A stretch of 64,000 nucleotides of DNA from Gemmatimonadota bacterium (GTDB taxonomy: Bacteria; Gemmatimonadota; Gemmatimonadetes; Gemmatimonadales; GWC2-71-9): assembly GCA_003221005.1 (NCBI GenBank), contig QHTZ01000074.1, forward strand, positions 14,864 to 78,863, given 5' to 3'. Both the position numbers and the translations under genes were made by a program. A model generated the notes under the pieces. The model ran no database searches. It worked only from the letters and a program-made list of their open reading frames with translations, and had not been told where the DNA came from. Positions 39,052 to 48,152 of the stretch are shown in pieces (within the stretch, counting starts at the first letter, position 1; every line of letters begins with the position of its first letter).

Positions 39052-42000
39052 GTGCCTGACGAACCCACGCGGGGCGAGATGCCCTTCCTCGATCACCTCG
39101 AGGAACTGCGCTGGCGCATCCTGTACAGTCTGCTCGCCGTGCTCGTCGGAACGCTTGTCGGGTGGGTCATCGTCGAGCGGATCGACGTCATCGGGCTGCT
39201 GATCCGCCCGATCGCGCCGCTCATTCCCGGCGGCCGTCTCAAGTTCACGAGCCCCACCGAGCCGTTCTTCATCACGCTGAAGTTCGCCTTCGCTGTGGGG
39301 GTGCTGCTCGCTTCGCCCGTCGTCATCTACCAGATCTGGGCGTTCCTCGCCCCAGCGCTGTACGAGCGGGAGAAGCGCGTGATCGTTCCAGCCCTCTCGA
39401 TCGGGGTGCTGTTGTTTCTCGCCGGGGCAGCAGCGGCGTACCTCTGGGTGCTGCCCCGGGCCCTGATCGTGCTGCTCAGTTTCCAGCGCGAAATTCTCGA
39501 GCCGATCATCACGGCGGACAAGTACTTCGGTTTCGCGGCTCAGATCATCATCGCCTTCGGTCTCGTGACCGAGCTGCCGCTCGTCATCGTGATCCTCGCG
39601 GCGCTCGGCCTGGTGACGCCGCAGTTCCTGGTGCGCCACCGCCGCTATGCCATCGTGCTGTCGGCCCTCGCCGCGGCGCTCCTCTCCCCGCCTGACGCGG
39701 TCTCGATGGTGCTCATGATGGTCCCGCTGTGGCTGCTGTACGAGGTGAGCATCTTCTGCGCCTGGGTCGTGACCAAGCGCCGCGCCCGCCGCGAGCAGGC
39801 GGCCCACCGCGCCGCGCTGGTGCTGCTCCTGTTGAGCGGCGTGGCGGCGGGCCGCGTCGGGGCTCAGGGCGTCCCACCACGCGCCGATACGAGCGCCGGG
39901 CGGCCGGGGACGCCCGTGCGCGGCCAGACCATCGACACCGCGGCCGCGCGCAAGCTCGGCCTTCCCACGGGGCCGACCCGCAGCTTTCCCGCGAGCGACC
40001 AGGTGATGGACTCGCTGCTCCGGCTCAAGGGATACCGTGTCACCCAGTACCTGGCCGACACGCTGATCGTCGCCGGCGACAGCCAGACCATCTTCCTCCG
40101 TGGGGAGGCGTTCGTCGACCGCCAGGGCACCAAGCTCGAGGCCGACTCGGTGCGCTACCGCGAGGCGAGCTGCCGGCTGGACGCCACCGGGGACCCGCGG
40201 CTCTTTGACCAGGGCACCGTGATGGTGGGCGAGGGCATGCGCTACGACACGTGCGTCCGGCGCGGCACGGTGCGGCAGGCTTTCACGGATTTCCGGCAGG
40301 GGGCGGCGACCTGGTATGTGCGCGGCGACCTGGCGGTCGATTCGGGCTCGACCCGGGTGTACGGAGCCTCGAGCGAGATCACGTCCGACGACCACCCCGT
40401 GCCGGACTACCACTTCGCCACCGGACAGGTGAAGTGGCTCAACAAGAGCGTAATGATCGCCCGCCCCGCGGTCCTCTACGTCCGCGACGTGCCGATTCTG
40501 TGGCTGCCGTTCATTTTCCAGGACATCCGACCGGGCCGCCGCAGTGGTGTCCTGGTGCCGCGCTTCGGCCTGAACGACCTGATCCGGCAGACGCGCAGCT
40601 ACCAGCGGCACTTTTCCAACCTGGGTTACTACTGGGTCGTGAACGACTACCTGGACCTGCTCGCGTCGGCCGATTGGTACGCCGGCCGGAACGTGACGCT
40701 GCGGGGCCAGTCACGCTACCGCTGGCTGGACCGCTTCGTCACTGGCAGCTTCACGTTCGCACGGGTGGATCAGCTCGACAGCCCGGCGTCCTCGATGCAG
40801 CTCAGCTGGCAGCACCAGCAGAGCTTCGACAGCCGCACCAGCTTCAACGCCAGCATCAATTACGCGACGAGTGGCACGGTGCTGCAGCAGAATTCGGTCG
40901 ACCCCTATCTCGCGACCGCGCAGCTGTCGTCGCAGTTGAACTTCAGCAAGCGATTCGACTGGGGGGCGCTGAACGTCGGCGGGAGCCGCTCCCAGGATCT
41001 TTCGAGCGGCGCGGTGACCCAAAGCTTCCCCGGGGTAACCCTCACCCCCTCGCCGGTCAACATCACGCCCGACATCACCTGGTCGCCCGGGTTCTCGTTC
41101 ACGAACCAGCAGTCGTTCCACTCGGGGCCTCCAACGCTGCTCCCGTTCCCCGGCACGGGCGCGGCGCTGGACACGGTCGCCCTGTTCAGCGCCAGCCGCC
41201 AGTCCGCCATCAGCCTGCAGACGCCGCTCCGCGTCGGCCGGTGGAACTGGGCCAACAGCATCACCATCAATGACGCCACAAGCGACCAGCGCCGGGAGTT
41301 CGCCATCCCGGATTCCACGGTACCTGGGGGCCGGCGCCGCAGGCTGTATGCGTCCACCTTTGCCACCCAGATCGATTGGCAAACGGGCATCAACCTCCCC
41401 CAGGTCCTGTCGGGTACATGGAAGGTCCAGCCGGGCCTCTCGATCGTGAACACGACGTCCGCCGGGCCGTTCATGCTGCGCAACCAGTTCACCAACGGGC
41501 AGTTCGTCGAGCAGGGGAAGCGCCTGCAATTCAGTGCGGGCATGCGCCCCACGTTGTTCGGCTTCTTCCCTGGATTCGGGCCGCTCGCGCGGATCCGGCA
41601 TTCGATTTCACCGATCATCGACTGGCGCTACGCTCAGGGTAAGGACGTGGATAGCCTGTTCGCGTACGCGCTCGATCCGACGCGCACCACGCTCAACGCG
41701 CGTAGCGACGCGCAGCAGACGATCAGCATCGGACTGTCGCAGAACTTCGAAGGAAAGCTCCGCCCCCCGCCGCACGACACCGGCCAGCAGCAGGCACGCA
41801 AGCTGCGGTTACTGAGCATCAACACCGACCCGATCTCGTACAACTTCGAGCAGGCCAAGCAACCGGGGCAGACCGGGTGGCAGACGCAGACCGTCGGGAA
41901 CACGTTCGCGTCGGACCTGCTCCCGAATTTCAGCCTGCGGCTGGTGCACGATCTCTGGGACGGGCCGGTGGGGCGCGATTCCTCCAAATTCGCGCCGTTC

Positions 42001-42576
42001 CTCACGAGCGTGAACGCGAGCTTCTCCATCTCACCGGCAACGGTGCGTGGCTTCGCACACCTCCTGGGGTTTCACACGGGAGCGGGCCCGGCGGCGGCGC
42101 CCGCACCCGCCCCAGCCGCCCCCGTCCCGCCCGTCGGGTCGATGCCACTTCCGACGCCCCCTCTGTTCAGCGGCCCGACCAGCAGTCTCGGCGCCGGCGC
42201 GGGAGGTGCGGGTGCCGGGCAGGGCTTCGCGCTCTCCGTTACCTACACCAGCACCCGCGTCCGGCCCGGGAAGGACAGCACCGGCGCGCCGATTCCGGTG
42301 CCCGCGGTGGCCGGGCAACAGGTGCTCAGTCTCAACCTGAGCTTCAAGCCGACTGCGAAGTGGCAGGCAAACTGGACGACCACGTACGACAGGGCGACGC
42401 ATACGTTCGGAGAGCACTTCCTGCGATTGGAGCGGGACCTGCACCGCTGGCACGCGAGCTTCGCGTTCGTGAAGAGTCCCAACGGCAACTTCGCCTTCAC
42501 GTTCTTCGTGTCGTTGCTCGATCAGCCCGACATCAAGTTCAACTACGAGCAGCAGACACTGCAGAACGTTCCGTAA
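39052..42576 (+). CDS. tatC: Fusion ORF: complete TatC (aa about 1-240), signal-peptide-like linker, then a putative LPS-assembly protein LptD-like outer-membrane protein
   Basis: TatC motifs MPFLDHLEELR, YQIWAFLAPAL, SPPD, LYEVSI; LptD-like motifs PDYHF, VPILWLPF, RRSGVLVPRFG, NLGYYW, RDLHRW; no stop codon between the two. Confidence 0.85.
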   Translation: MPDEPTRGEMPFLDHLEELRWRILYSLLAVLVGTLVGWVIVERIDVIGLLIRPIAPLIPGGRLKFTSPTEPFFITLKFAFAVGVLLASPVVIYQIWAFLAPALYEREKRVIVPALSIGVLLFLAGAAAAYLWVLPRALIVLLSFQREILEPIITADKYFGFAAQIIIAFGLVTELPLVIVILAALGLVTPQFLVRHRRYAIVLSALAAALLSPPDAVSMVLMMVPLWLLYEVSIFCAWVVTKRRARREQAAHRAALVLLLLSGVAAGRVGAQGVPPRADTSAGRPGTPVRGQTIDTAAARKLGLPTGPTRSFPASDQVMDSLLRLKGYRVTQYLADTLIVAGDSQTIFLRGEAFVDRQGTKLEADSVRYREASCRLDATGDPRLFDQGTVMVGEGMRYDTCVRRGTVRQAFTDFRQGAATWYVRGDLAVDSGSTRVYGASSEITSDDHPVPDYHFATGQVKWLNKSVMIARPAVLYVRDVPILWLPFIFQDIRPGRRSGVLVPRFGLNDLIRQTRSYQRHFSNLGYYWVVNDYLDLLASADWYAGRNVTLRGQSRYRWLDRFVTGSFTFARVDQLDSPASSMQLSWQHQQSFDSRTSFNASINYATSGTVLQQNSVDPYLATAQLSSQLNFSKRFDWGALNVGGSRSQDLSSGAVTQSFPGVTLTPSPVNITPDITWSPGFSFTNQQSFHSGPPTLLPFPGTGAALDTVALFSASRQSAISLQTPLRVGRWNWANSITINDATSDQRREFAIPDSTVPGGRRRRLYASTFATQIDWQTGINLPQVLSGTWKVQPGLSIVNTTSAGPFMLRNQFTNGQFVEQGKRLQFSAGMRPTLFGFFPGFGPLARIRHSISPIIDWRYAQGKDVDSLFAYALDPTRTTLNARSDAQQTISIGLSQNFEGKLRPPPHDTGQQQARKLRLLSINTDPISYNFEQAKQPGQTGWQTQTVGNTFASDLLPNFSLRLVHDLWDGPVGRDSSKFAPFLTSVNASFSISPATVRGFAHLLGFHTGAGPAAAPAPAPAAPVPPVGSMPLPTPPLFSGPTSSLGAGAGGAGAGQGFALSVTYTSTRVRPGKDSTGAPIPVPAVAGQQVLSLNLSFKPTAKWQANWTTTYDRATHTFGEHFLRLERDLHRWHASFAFVKSPNGNFAFTFFVSLLDQPDIKFNYEQQTLQNVP

Positions 42577-42709
42577 GCCGGCGGTTCGCCTGTCCCCTGG
42601 TGAGGACAGCCGAAATCCAGGTTTCGCGGGTAACACGAAGCGGGCACGTCACTTCGTATCGGGCATGCCGCCTGCGGAGACGAACGCCAACCTTCGTCAA
42701 AAGGAACCT

Positions 42710-43585
42710 ATGCGCACGCCGTTTGCGACCCTCCTAGCTGCCGCGGGGCTCGTCGCCCTCGGGTGCAACAACACGAACTCAGTCGGGGCGCCTCTCCCTG
42801 CGCCCCAGGACGTGGCATCGGTCTCCTTGAACCAGGCGATTGACCTGTATTGGGCGGACAACTCGTACGCCAGCGCGCCCTCCCGGTTCTTGTGGTATCG
42901 CATCTTCAGCACCAGCTACGATAACGTTCGCTGTGGCGCCACGTGGCAACTCGAAGGGACGACGATCGCCCCCGAATTCCTCGTGGGGGCACTCACGAAC
43001 GGCGTGCCGCGCTGCTACACGGTCACGGCTGTCGCCATCGACGGGGCTGAGAGCGACCAGTCCCTCCCGTGGCAGGACACGCCTCGCCCCGATGCGCGCA
43101 ACGTGGTGCTCTACGCGTCCGCCACCAAGGCCGATTCCTCGGGGTTCCTGTTCTGGGACGACGCCAACAACGACGGCGTCGGCGATCCCAACGAACTGGG
43201 GCTCGTCGAGAATCCCAGCGGGGGCATCGTCGACTTCAAGATCGACCGCAACAACGCCGATTCGACTCTCTGGCTCGTGCCGGTCTACTCCGGGACCACG
43301 ATGTTGGAGTACGGCACGGTTGACGATCTCACGTCCATCGACTACGCGCCCGCCACCGGGTATAGCCGCGACTCGCTGCAAGCGTTCCCGGGGGACGGCT
43401 ACGTCTTCAAGATCGTGGACCCCTCTGGTCTCCACTACGGCGCGGTGCGCGTGACGCATGTCGGTCGGCGGTATCTCATCCTCGACTGGAGCGTGCAGAC
43501 CGATCCCGGCAACCCCGAGCTCGTGGTGCGGGGCGGCTTGCTCACCGCGAAGCCGACGGGCTCGATGGTCGCCACGCCGCGCTAA
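42710..43585 (+). CDS. Lipoprotein of unknown function with an FN3-like N-terminal domain
   Basis: AAGGA SD, MRTPFATLLAAAGLVALGC lipobox, LYW..YRI..LTNG..YTVTAV...ES pattern. Confidence 0.72.
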   Translation: MRTPFATLLAAAGLVALGCNNTNSVGAPLPAPQDVASVSLNQAIDLYWADNSYASAPSRFLWYRIFSTSYDNVRCGATWQLEGTTIAPEFLVGALTNGVPRCYTVTAVAIDGAESDQSLPWQDTPRPDARNVVLYASATKADSSGFLFWDDANNDGVGDPNELGLVENPSGGIVDFKIDRNNADSTLWLVPVYSGTTMLEYGTVDDLTSIDYAPATGYSRDSLQAFPGDGYVFKIVDPSGLHYGAVRVTHVGRRYLILDWSVQTDPGNPELVVRGGLLTAKPTGSMVATPR

Positions 43586-43599
43586 AGGGTGATTTCACG

Positions 43600-43638
43600 A
43601 GGCGCCAGGCTGCCGGCGGTTGCGGCGGCCTGGCGCCT
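43600..43638. terminator. Hairpin after the lipoprotein gene
   Basis: AGGCGCCAGGCTGCCG...CGGCGGCCTGGCGCCT inverted repeat. Confidence 0.55.
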
Positions 43639-43655
43639 TCGTAGTTTCCCCCCGT

Positions 43656-45146
43656 ATGCCCGCTGAGGTCACCATCGACGGCCGCTCGTTGTCGATTGCG
43701 GACGTCGTAGCGGTGGCGCGCCACGAGGCGACGGTGGCGATCTCCTCTCCCGCGTTGCGCGAGGTCGGGCGGTGTCGCGAGGTGGTCGAAGCGGCCCTGG
43801 CGGGAGGCGCGACGATGTACGGCGTCACGACCGGGTTCGGCAAGCTCGCCCACGTCCGCATTCCCTCCGAGCGGATCCGCCAGCTCCAGCTCAACCTGAT
43901 TCGCAGCCATGCCTCCGGCGTGGGCGAGCCGCTGGCCACTGAGGCGGTGCGCGCAATGATGCTGCTGCGTGCCAACGTGCTCGTGCGGGGCACGAGCGGC
44001 GTGCGGCCCCGCCTGCCGGAGCTCCTCGTCGCGATGCTCAACGCCCGCGTGCATCCGCGCGTGCCTTCCCAGGGCAGCGTGGGAGCGTCGGGCGACCTGG
44101 CGCCGCTGGCGCATCTCGCGCTCGCGCTGGTCGGCGAGGGGGATGACGGCGCCGCGCTCCGGACCGCGGGCCTGCAACCGATCGAGTTGGAAGCGAAAGA
44201 GGGGTTGGCGTTCGTGAACGGCACCCAGGCGCAGGCCGGCCTCGCGGCGCTGCTGGTGCACGACGCCTGGGTGCTGTGGCGCACGGCACACGCGGCCGCG
44301 GCGATGAGCCTGGAGGCGGTGCGCGGCACGCCGGAGCCGTTCGATGCTCGCATCCACGCGGCACGGCCGCATCCGTTCCAGGAGCAGTCAGCCGCGCTGC
44401 TGCGCGAGCTGCTCGCCGACAGCGAGATCCGGGAGTCCCACCGCGAGCACGATCCCAGAGTGCAGGACGCCTACTCGCTGCGCTGCACCCCGCAGATCCT
44501 GGGCGCGGTCGGCGAGGGGCTCGCGTTCGCCGAGCGCCTGGTGGCGGTCGAGCTCAACGCGGCGACGGATAACCCGCTGGTGTTCGGCGAGGACATCGTG
44601 TCGGGCGGCAACTTCCACGGCCAGCCGCTGGCCCTGGCGCTCGACGTGCTCGGCATCGGGCTCGCCACGCTCGCGGGGCTGGCCGAGCGGCGGATCGAGC
44701 GGATCGTCAATCCCGATCTCTCCTCCGGGCTGCCGGCGTTTCTCGCGCGCGAGCCGGGCTTGGAATCGGGGTTCATGACGCCGCAGATCGCGGCCGCCGC
44801 GCTCGCGGCGGAATGCCGGGTGCTCGCCACGCCCGCGAGCGTGCAGTCGCTACCCACGGAAGGGAATCAGGAGGACGTGGTGCCGATGGGGATGAGCGCC
44901 GCCTGGAAGGCTGGGCGCATCTTCGCCAACGCGGTGCGCGTCGTGGCGATTGAGCTGCTGGCCGGCGCGCAGGGACTCGAGTTCCTGAAGCCGCTCAAGC
45001 CGGGGCGTGGCGTGGCGCGCGCACACGGCGTAGTGCGACGGGATGTGCCGCCCCTCGCCGGCGATCGCCCGCTCACCGGAGACATCGAGCGGGTGGCGGC
45101 GGGGATCCGGGCGGGAGAGTTCGATCCAGAAGGGGGAGGGGCGTGA
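43656..45146 (+). CDS. hutH: Histidine ammonia-lyase
   Basis: [11 protein letters not shown] motif [33 protein letters not shown]. Confidence 0.96.
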   Translation: MPAEVTIDGRSLSIADVVAVARHEATVAISSPALREVGRCREVVEAALAGGATMYGVTTGFGKLAHVRIPSERIRQLQLNLIRSHASGVGEPLATEAVRAMMLLRANVLVRGTSGVRPRLPELLVAMLNARVHPRVPSQGSVGASGDLAPLAHLALALVGEGDDGAALRTAGLQPIELEAKEGLAFVNGTQAQAGLAALLVHDAWVLWRTAHAAAAMSLEAVRGTPEPFDARIHAARPHPFQEQSAALLRELLADSEIRESHREHDPRVQDAYSLRCTPQILGAVGEGLAFAERLVAVELNAATDNPLVFGEDIVSGGNFHGQPLALALDVLGIGLATLAGLAERRIERIVNPDLSSGLPAFLAREPGLESGFMTPQIAAAALAAECRVLATPASVQSLPTEGNQEDVVPMGMSAAWKAGRIFANAVRVVAIELLAGAQGLEFLKPLKPGRGVARAHGVVRRDVPPLAGDRPLTGDIERVAAGIRAGEFDPEGGGA

Positions 45147-45192
45147 CGCAGCGATTTTCCCAGGCGAGCCCACCCTTCAGGGTGGGAATCCC

Positions 45193-46857
45193 GTGACCGG
45201 CGCTCGCACCGTGCGCGCGCCGCGGGGACCGGAGAAGTCGTGCCGCGGCTGGATTCAGGAAGCCGCCCTGCGCATGCTGATGAACAACCTCGATCCCGAC
45301 GTAGCCGAGCGCCCGGAGGACCTCGTCGTGTACGGGGGGACAGGAAAAGCGGCGCGGGATTGGGCATCGTTCGACGCAATCTGCCGCACTCTGACAAGAC
45401 TGGGCGACGAGGAGACGCTGCTCGTGCAGTCGGGCAAGCCGGTGGGCGTGTTCGCCACCCATCCCGACGCGCCGCGCGTGCTGATCGCCAACTCCAACCT
45501 GGTCGGTCGCTGGGCTACCTGGGAGGTGTTCCACGAGCTCGAGCGGCGCGGTCTGATCATGTTCGGGCAAATGACCGCGGGCTCGTGGATTTACATCGGG
45601 ACTCAGGGCATCCTCCAGGGCACCTACGAGACGTTCGGCGCCGTGGCACGGCGACACTTCGGCGGCACGCTGCGCGGGCGGATCGTCCTCACGGGCGGGC
45701 TCGGCGGCATGGGCGGGGCGCAACCACTCGCCGCCACCATGAATGAGGGGATCTGTCTCGCGATTGAGGTCGATCCCGCGCGGGTCGAGCGGCGGCTCTC
45801 CACCCGCTACCTGGACCGGTCCACCAGCTCGATCGAGGAGGCGCTGCGCTGGTGTGACGAGGCGAGACGCAATGGTGCCGCGCTTTCGGTCGGACTCGTG
45901 GGGAATTGCGCGACCGTGCTGCCGGAGCTCGCGCGCCGGGGGTTCGCGCCCGACGTCGTCACCGACCAGACCTCGGCGCACGACCCGCTGCACGGCTACA
46001 TCCCGGCGGAGCTGACGGTGGCGCAGGCCGCCGAGCTCAGGCGGCGCGACCCGCAAGACTACCTGCGCCGCTCGATCGCCAGCATCGCCGCCCATGTGCA
46101 GGCGCTGCTCCAGCTCCAGCGCGGTGGTGCGGTGGCGTTCGACTACGGCAACAACATTCGCGCGACGGCCCGCGACGCCGGCGTGGCGAACGCGTTCGCG
46201 ATTCCGGGCTTCGTACCGGAGTACATCCGACCACTCTTCTGCGAGGGCAAGGGGCCATTCCGGTGGGTGACGCTCTCGGGCGAGCCGAAGGACCTGCACC
46301 GCACCGATCGCCTCGTCCTCGAGCTGTTCCCCGAGAACGAGCACGTCGGGCGCTGGATCCGGCTCGCGCAGCAGCGCGTCGCGTTTCAAGGCCTCCCCGC
46401 GCGCATCTGCTGGCTGGGGCAGGGCGAGCGCGCCCGGTTCGGGTGCGCCCTGAACGACCTCGTGAAGAGCGGGGACATCAGCGCACCTGTGGTCATCGGG
46501 CGCGACCACCTCGACGCCGGCTCGGTCGCGTCGCCGTTCCGCGAGACCGAGGGCATGGCGGACGGCTCGGATGCCATCGCCGACTGGCCGATCTTGAACG
46601 CGCTCCTGAACGCTGCCTCCGGGGCGGCATGGGTCTCGTTCCACCACGGCGGGGGTGTGGGGATCGGGAACTCGCTGCACGCCGGTCAGGTGAGCGTCGC
46701 CGACGGCTCTGCCGGCGCCGGACGGCGACTCGAGCGCGTGCTTACGAACGATCCGGGAATCGGCGTCGCGCGTCACGCGGACGCCGGGTATCCCGCGGCG
46801 CTCGCGGCGGCGCGGCGTCACGGCATCCAGCTCCCCATGCATCAGAGCGACGACTGA
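45193..46857 (+). CDS. hutU: Urocanate hydratase
   Basis: [43 protein letters not shown]. Confidence 0.97.
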   Translation: MTGARTVRAPRGPEKSCRGWIQEAALRMLMNNLDPDVAERPEDLVVYGGTGKAARDWASFDAICRTLTRLGDEETLLVQSGKPVGVFATHPDAPRVLIANSNLVGRWATWEVFHELERRGLIMFGQMTAGSWIYIGTQGILQGTYETFGAVARRHFGGTLRGRIVLTGGLGGMGGAQPLAATMNEGICLAIEVDPARVERRLSTRYLDRSTSSIEEALRWCDEARRNGAALSVGLVGNCATVLPELARRGFAPDVVTDQTSAHDPLHGYIPAELTVAQAAELRRRDPQDYLRRSIASIAAHVQALLQLQRGGAVAFDYGNNIRATARDAGVANAFAIPGFVPEYIRPLFCEGKGPFRWVTLSGEPKDLHRTDRLVLELFPENEHVGRWIRLAQQRVAFQGLPARICWLGQGERARFGCALNDLVKSGDISAPVVIGRDHLDAGSVASPFRETEGMADGSDAIADWPILNALLNAASGAAWVSFHHGGGVGIGNSLHAGQVSVADGSAGAGRRLERVLTNDPGIGVARHADAGYPAALAAARRHGIQLPMHQSDD

Positions 46858-48152
46858 ACAGTCTGCTAGTGGGGGCGCGCCAGGTCGTCACGTGCCGGGG
46901 CCCGGCGCGGGCGCGCCGGGGCCGCGAGATGGGCGACCTCGAGGTGCTCACCAACGCGGCTGTGCTGGTGGAGGGCGGCCGCATCGCTCGGGTTGGTCCG
47001 TACGCCGAGCTGCGACGGGCAATGGGCGGCGAGCGAGGGGGTGGAGGAGAAGTCGAGCTAGTGGAGGTTTCCGGCGTGCTGTTCCCGGGCTTCGTGGACT
47101 GCCATACGCACGCGGTATTCGGTGGCCCGCGGCTCGACGACCACGAGCGCCGCGCGCTGGGTGCGGATTACCGGAGCATCGCGGCGGCAGGCGGCGGGAT
47201 TCTCGAGTCCGTGCGCGACGTCCGAGGCCGGTCCGAGGCGGACCTGCTAGCGCTCGCCCGGACGCGGCTCGACGCGCTACTGCGTCACGGGAGCACGACG
47301 ATCGAGGTGAAGTCCGGGTACGGCCTCGACGTCGAGACCGAGCTCAAGCAGCTGCGCATCGTTCGCGCACTCGGGCAAGCGCAAAGAGCGACGCTCGTCC
47401 CCACCTTTCTCGGCGCTCACGAAATCCCGTCCGAATACCGCGAACGCCGCGCCGAGTACGTGCGACGGGTGTGCGAGGAAGTTATTCCCGCCGTCGCGCG
47501 GGAGGGGCTGGCCGCCTGCTGCGATGTGTTCTGCGAGCCCGGCGTGTTCACGATACTTGAGGCTCGCGCCATCCTGACGGCCGCCCGGCAGCACGGCCTG
47601 GCGCTCAAGCTCCACGCCGACGAGCTCGAGGGATCGGGGGGCGCGGAGCTCGCCGTCGAACTCGGCGCGCTCTCCGCCGACCACCTGGCGGCCGTGTCGG
47701 AGACGGGGATCAAGGCGCTGGGAGCGAGCTCGACCGTGGCCGTGCTGTTGCCGGCGACGATGCTATTCCTCGGCCGCACGCGCCAGGCGCCGGCGCGACG
47801 GCTGCTCGACGCCGGGGCGGCGCTCGCGCTCGCCACCGACTTCAATCCCGGATCGTCGCCGACCGTCAGTCTCCCTCTCGTGATGGCGCTCGGTGTAGCG
47901 CAACTGGGTCTGCGTTACACGGAAGCGGTGCTCGCGGTCACAGTGAACGCTGCGGGGGCGCTGGGCCTCGCGGGAGAACGGGGGCAGATCGCTCCAGGCT
48001 TCGTCGCCGACCTCGTACTGTGCGACGTGTCAGACTGGCGTGAGGTGGCGTACTGGCTCGGCGCCAATCTCGTAACCGCCGTGTGGACAGCAGGTTCGGC
48101 TTGTTTAGGGTGCAGTGCCCCGGTATCTTTAGGCCTCCATGTCCAAGCTTGA
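46854..48152 (+). CDS. hutI: Imidazolonepropionase; start uncertain (CTG at 46854 or GTG at 46869)
   Basis: [35 protein letters not shown]. Confidence 0.92.
   Translation: MNSLLVGARQVVTCRGPARARRGREMGDLEVLTNAAVLVEGGRIARVGPYAELRRAMGGERGGGGEVELVEVSGVLFPGFVDCHTHAVFGGPRLDDHERRALGADYRSIAAAGGGILESVRDVRGRSEADLLALARTRLDALLRHGSTTIEVKSGYGLDVETELKQLRIVRALGQAQRATLVPTFLGAHEIPSEYRERRAEYVRRVCEEVIPAVAREGLAACCDVFCEPGVFTILEARAILTAARQHGLALKLHADELEGSGGAELAVELGALSADHLAAVSETGIKALGASSTVAVLLPATMLFLGRTRQAPARRLLDAGAALALATDFNPGSSPTVSLPLVMALGVAQLGLRYTEAVLAVTVNAAGALGLAGERGQIAPGFVADLVLCDVSDWREVAYWLGANLVTAVWTAGSACLGCSAPVSLGLHVQA
48101..48129 (+). promoter_or_regulatory. Putative sigma70-type promoter inside the hutI 3' end, serving the downstream TPR gene
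   Basis: TTGTTT-17 nt-TATCTT, 9 nt before ATG at 48139. Confidence 0.55.

Noticed and set aside
42577-42709. Possible riboswitch/ncRNA or ECF promoter upstream of the lipoprotein gene
   Set aside because: Only short hairpins (CTGTCC...GGACAG); no recognisable aptamer, and the AAC/CGT spacing does not fit
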